A DNA stretch of 64,000 nt. Source: Tubulanus polymorphus (taxonomy: Eukaryota > Animalia > Nemertea). Below the pieces are notes generated by a model. That model was not told the DNA's origin. It searched no databases and worked only from the letters and a program-made list of their open reading frames with translations. This document shows positions 60,119 through 64,000 of this stretch, in pieces. The position numbers were made by a program, and so were the translations under genes. Position 1 is the first letter of the stretch. Every line of letters starts with the position of its first letter. Where the stretch lies: the NCBI RefSeq assembly GCF_964204645.1, contig NC_134034.1, forward strand, positions 5,306,914 through 5,370,913. The letters are read 5' to 3'.

Positions 60119-61090
60119 CTAGAGCAAAAACAACAATTTTGTACGTTCTCTAAACTTCCTACTGTACACATAATAAAATATACCGTTAAGAGATGAATTT
60201 AGGGCTTGGAAAATATCACTAGCGAGTAATACCGGCCAAGTGGCAGACCAGGGGAAATGAAGTCTTAAAACATTGAATAACATACCAGGGCTTACAGTCA
60301 CCATGAATATAATGGATGCCACCAGCACCATGGTATGTGCAGTTCCATCTTGTTTGTGTTGTTTGGCATTGGCACCAGTCAATTGTTTCCTATTCTGAGC
60401 ATGGATCCGAAGTTTGATTATCATAATCATATTAAATATAGGAACGAGAGTGAATGGCAAATATGACGTAAAAATAGCTACTAATAAATACGAATACCTG
60501 GGTGGAGTATAAATTGTCTTCGAATCACGGACAGTGAGGCCGTATGTACATATCTTGTTAACGTACACTACAATTCGGTCTTGTGCTCGATATGAAGTAA
60601 CCCCACTCCATGCGAGAATCCAAACCGCTGAGAATAAACAACAATGTTTCACATTCCAATATCTTTTAGCTTTAAGCGGGAAACAAATATTAAATGCTCG
60701 ATCGAATGTTACCAACAAGGTCAAACTGTTGCGAATATCAGAACTCCATTTTCCAATGACGTTGCCCGCCATATAAAATTCAGGAGCTCCCAAACCTCCA
60801 TGTAGATAGGCTCCAATGTCTCCATGGCGAATAAGTCTCAGAAGCCAAGTTAGATGGTTAAACATTATGATTGCGAAGCAACAGATGATGTCTGAAATAG
60901 CCAGTAACAATAAAGTGAAATGCGAGGTCGAGGAAATGTTCGTTTTATGAAGTTGATAAAGCACCTTTATAGTAATTGAGTTGGTAATAAGGCCAATCCA
61001 TGCGATCGGTCCTATCAACGTCGTTGCAACGAGCTTCCAAACTACGCGATCGCGGGTAAGGCATATTTTCGCAATAGTCGCGTTCAACAT
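60119..61090 (-). CDS. Intronless class A GPCR, FMRFamide/peptide-receptor-like
   Basis: Seven hydrophobic segments; GLITN, LAISD, FDRAFNICFPL, YLPF..V..FN, NSSLNGIFY..SRKFR. Confidence 0.9.
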   Translation of the reverse strand: MLNATIAKICLTRDRVVWKLVATTLIGPIAWIGLITNSITIKVLYQLHKTNISSTSHFTLLLLAISDIICCFAIIMFNHLTWLLRLIRHGDIGAYLHGGLGAPEFYMAGNVIGKWSSDIRNSLTLLVTFDRAFNICFPLKAKRYWNVKHCCLFSAVWILAWSGVTSYRAQDRIVVYVNKICTYGLTVRDSKTIYTPPRYSYLLVAIFTSYLPFTLVPIFNMIMIIKLRIHAQNRKQLTGANAKQHKQDGTAHTMVLVASIIFMVTVSPGMLFNVLRLHFPWSATWPVLLASDIFQALNSSLNGIFYYVYSRKFRERTKLLFLL

Positions 61091-61549
61091 ATTTCAAGTA
61101 GATTTGTTGGCGCAGATAAAGACAATGAGTCACAGTCGATACTGCGCGTTTGTCAAATTACACCTTCAGCAATAGTCGACTATAGCTGTGTGGTAAGACG
61201 ATGTACAATCAAATTACATTCCTACGTATATGATGACACGCCAGAAGCAGTGACGCTCCTCAAAACCATGCAGAGTGAGATACCATCCAATCAGTACGTT
61301 TGCACATAACTTTCAACGGTGGGTTTCAGGGCATGTATACAGCACTTCGTAATAATTTCTTGAATATGTCAGATATAAACACGAAATCAGAATTTTCCAA
61401 AGCAAAAGATGTTCGTAGAATATATCTAATTTTACACGTATAGCGATATATCGATCAATTAATTACCTATGCGTTCTCTATTTCCGAGTACGAAGTTATC
61501 CGTTCTATATTTTAGTACAGTGGCCTGGAATGATTTGGTTACATATGCA

Positions 61550-62470
61550 CTGCCCTTGTTGTCATTTCCAGGTAGTTAAGATCCTCTGTCGTGCCAGGGT
61601 ACAGTAGTTTTAGACACAAATACGTAAGACATTCAAGAAACAAATATCATTTACTAAGTTATAGATATGTTAATGGCTTCCTGCGTAAGCCACAATAGTG
61701 ATGCATGTTCTTTGCCACAAGTGGAATCCTTGAAATGGTTGAACGCCGAGTCCTCATGCATTAGAAGCAGAATCCATTGGAAATGTGTGAAATGTTTGTA
61801 TGGAACTAAAATGACACGAATGAAACTCACATCAAACGTTGTCTAAACACCGAGTTAGTTGGACCTACTATCTCAAATCTCGGGTCGGAATCTGGTCAGT
61901 ATGTCAAGTCTAGTGAATAAGTCATACATTTGATAGTAAAAAAGCCAGAAGAGATGGGACAATCTTCTAACAACTGCAAGAAAATGAGGCAATAGAACAC
62001 AACAAGGAGTTGAGAAAAACTGTTATCAGGAAATGCTGCATACATTACTGAGCGTACACTTTTGGTTGCATCAGCACTCAAAATATCAGTAAAAGAGAGT
62101 GGAATAACGGCCTATTAGTTTATTCCATGAAATTAGTGATAGATTTGGAGGAATGATGCAACATTCACTTGCCCAGTTTATAGTATCCGCAACCACTTAT
62201 TGGAAGCTACCACATGCGTAGAATCGAAGAGCAACAAACACTTGGAGTATGGAAGGAATGGCATGGTTTCTCCAGGTACGAGGTTGGAGGTCATCAGTGA
62301 GATCAGTGATGAAAATAATGCCTTCTCTGTCGAAACGAAATCTTTGGTATATCTCTCGATCATCATAGATATCCATGGGATTTTCACGGTCACGAAATAT
62401 TCATTGCCTTGGTACAACGTGTTGTAGTGCCTCTACTTCGAGCAGCCAAGCAATAATGAGCCATTTTATG
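61550..62470 (-). pseudogene. HARBI1-like Harbinger transposase remnant
   Basis: Manual translation IFRDRENPMDIYDDREIYQRFRF..RNHAIPSILQVFVALRFYACGSFQ; Harbinger-like end ...ATGCATACCGGGCC at ~63960. Confidence 0.75.
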
Positions 62471-62544
62471 GCATCGACACCATACACACTAGGATTTAAG
62501 GACTAAATGCTCACTTATCTCAACAGAAAAGGTACCTTAAAGTT

Positions 62545-63807
62545 GGCTGTTCGAATATCACGGATACCGGATACCGGACACCTAAATACCGGATACCGGA
62601 TTCTCGAGATTGCGGAGTATATAGCGCATCGGGTCTAACGGTCAGCGGTAAACGGCAGTTCGTGTGATATCAAGTAGAAGAATAAAAGGCCTAGATTATT
62701 TTCATAATACATCGGTATATGCTTTTCAAGTACAGTAGCATACAAATGTTACCGGTATAGACAATTCAATACAGATTTATTGCTTCCGAGTAATAACACG
62801 ATTACATACGACAGACACGGTAACAAACAGTGGACAGAAAATATTTTTTATCATTCTGCCAATTTGAACGGATTACCGAATAGACCGTTACCGTTTTGGG
62901 CAGAGCTACTATACAATACAAAATATCTTTATCATTCAATTTCACGAAGAAGGCCATTTTAATAAAGTTAAGCGTTATTGACGATCTATATTTTCATGAT
63001 CTTTAGAATCAAATTTAACATCAGGGTAAATAGTCATTTAGAGAAATGGTAGGTACCGGTATACGACGAATTGATTTTTGAAGGTTATACCAAAACAATT
63101 GGTGTCCAGGGGTGTTGATTTTCGACGATCGTCATGGACTCAATTTCATTTTTTAGGGACATCGTGATTGAGAATGAAATGTAGACATATCGTCCAATAA
63201 ATAGAATATACCGAATATTCTCCTCCATAAAATACGAAAACGAATTTTAATTCTTTGTTTGTAAATACTTGTATTTCATTGGTGTTCAGGTCAACTATTC
63301 CATCGTAAATCAACAAATACAAAATGTAGAGATCTTTAAAACAAACTTTATTAGAAGAAACGTTAGAACTGCCAGACTCGCTTATGGCTTTCTAACTTGA
63401 GATATAGGGCCTAGCAGTACTCAGCCCTATTAACGAAAGGATTTTACAGAAAAACCAAATAGGGCCACCAATACATATCCATCATCAGTGAAGTGAGAAA
63501 ATAAAAAATGAATATAACGTTTAACTTCACCTAACCAAAGAACAACAGTATTCAGAAAGAAATATGCATAATATTGAGATCGATGATGACACTAAAAACG
63601 TGAAAGCAGGCTGTAATCAGGCTAGCATAAAGACAAATAAGTTGGTTAGCCTCTGTAACAATTTGACAAATAAATTGTATGTCGCGGCAGTACTACTTAC
63701 AACAGCACGGAAACGACTCATTAGACCCGATGCGCTATATACTCCGCAATCTCGAGTATCCGGTATCCGGTATTTAGGTGTCCGGTATCCGTGATATTCG
63801 AACAGCC
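62545..63807. mobile_element. Non-autonomous Mutator-like element
   Basis: ~90-bp near-perfect TIRs GGCTGTTCGAATATCACGGATACCGG...; 9-bp TSD CTTAAAGTT at 62536-62544 and 63808-63816. Confidence 0.85.
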
Positions 63808-64000
63808 CTTAAAGTTAAGGAATTTTTCAGGAACAATTTTTATCTTAAGACACTTTATGCATACCGCTTATTTTAAGGATATACTCTGAGCAAGAATTTA
63901 AGGAAATTCTTAATATTTAGGGAATTTTTTATCCTCAAGATGCTTTATGCATACCGGGCCAGGTGTTCCTATTAATGGGAGTTTTTGTTTATAGCGTGAT

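Noticed and set aside
52626-63960. One large Harbinger that captured the GPCR
   Set aside because: The two candidate ends are not reverse complements, and the transposase remnants appear to be two different copies

Overview
Repeat-dense, AT-rich animal (probably marine invertebrate) chromosomal DNA. The only clear host gene is an intronless class A GPCR (60119-61090). Bases 1-~6224 are the right end of a decayed Polinton/Maverick (adintovirus-like) element. Its protein-primed PolB gene carries a full-size intein (Hint domain plus dodecapeptide LAGLIDADG homing endonuclease, 1295-2376) inserted in the catalytic motif YFD|TDA. This is the 'pol-c' site used by archaeal and giant-virus PolB inteins, here in an element integrated in an animal genome; it is the main finding. 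The same PolB also has an Endonuclease VII insertion and an OTU-like protease domain. Next is a Crypton-like gene whose ~17.8 kb intron (7313-25077) holds an AcademX pseudogene, a Harbinger-type MITE and a Gypsy LTR element. The Gypsy has a third, probably spliced, zinc-finger/proline-rich ORF that is split by an L2 LINE. The rest contains an RTEX-like LINE, a Tc1-like transposase split by a solo LTR, MULE, Helitron, Sola-like, CR1 and Harbinger remnants, three Penelope-type hammerhead motifs, and several TIR elements with recognisable TSDs. All family calls come from motifs recognised by eye; no searches were run.
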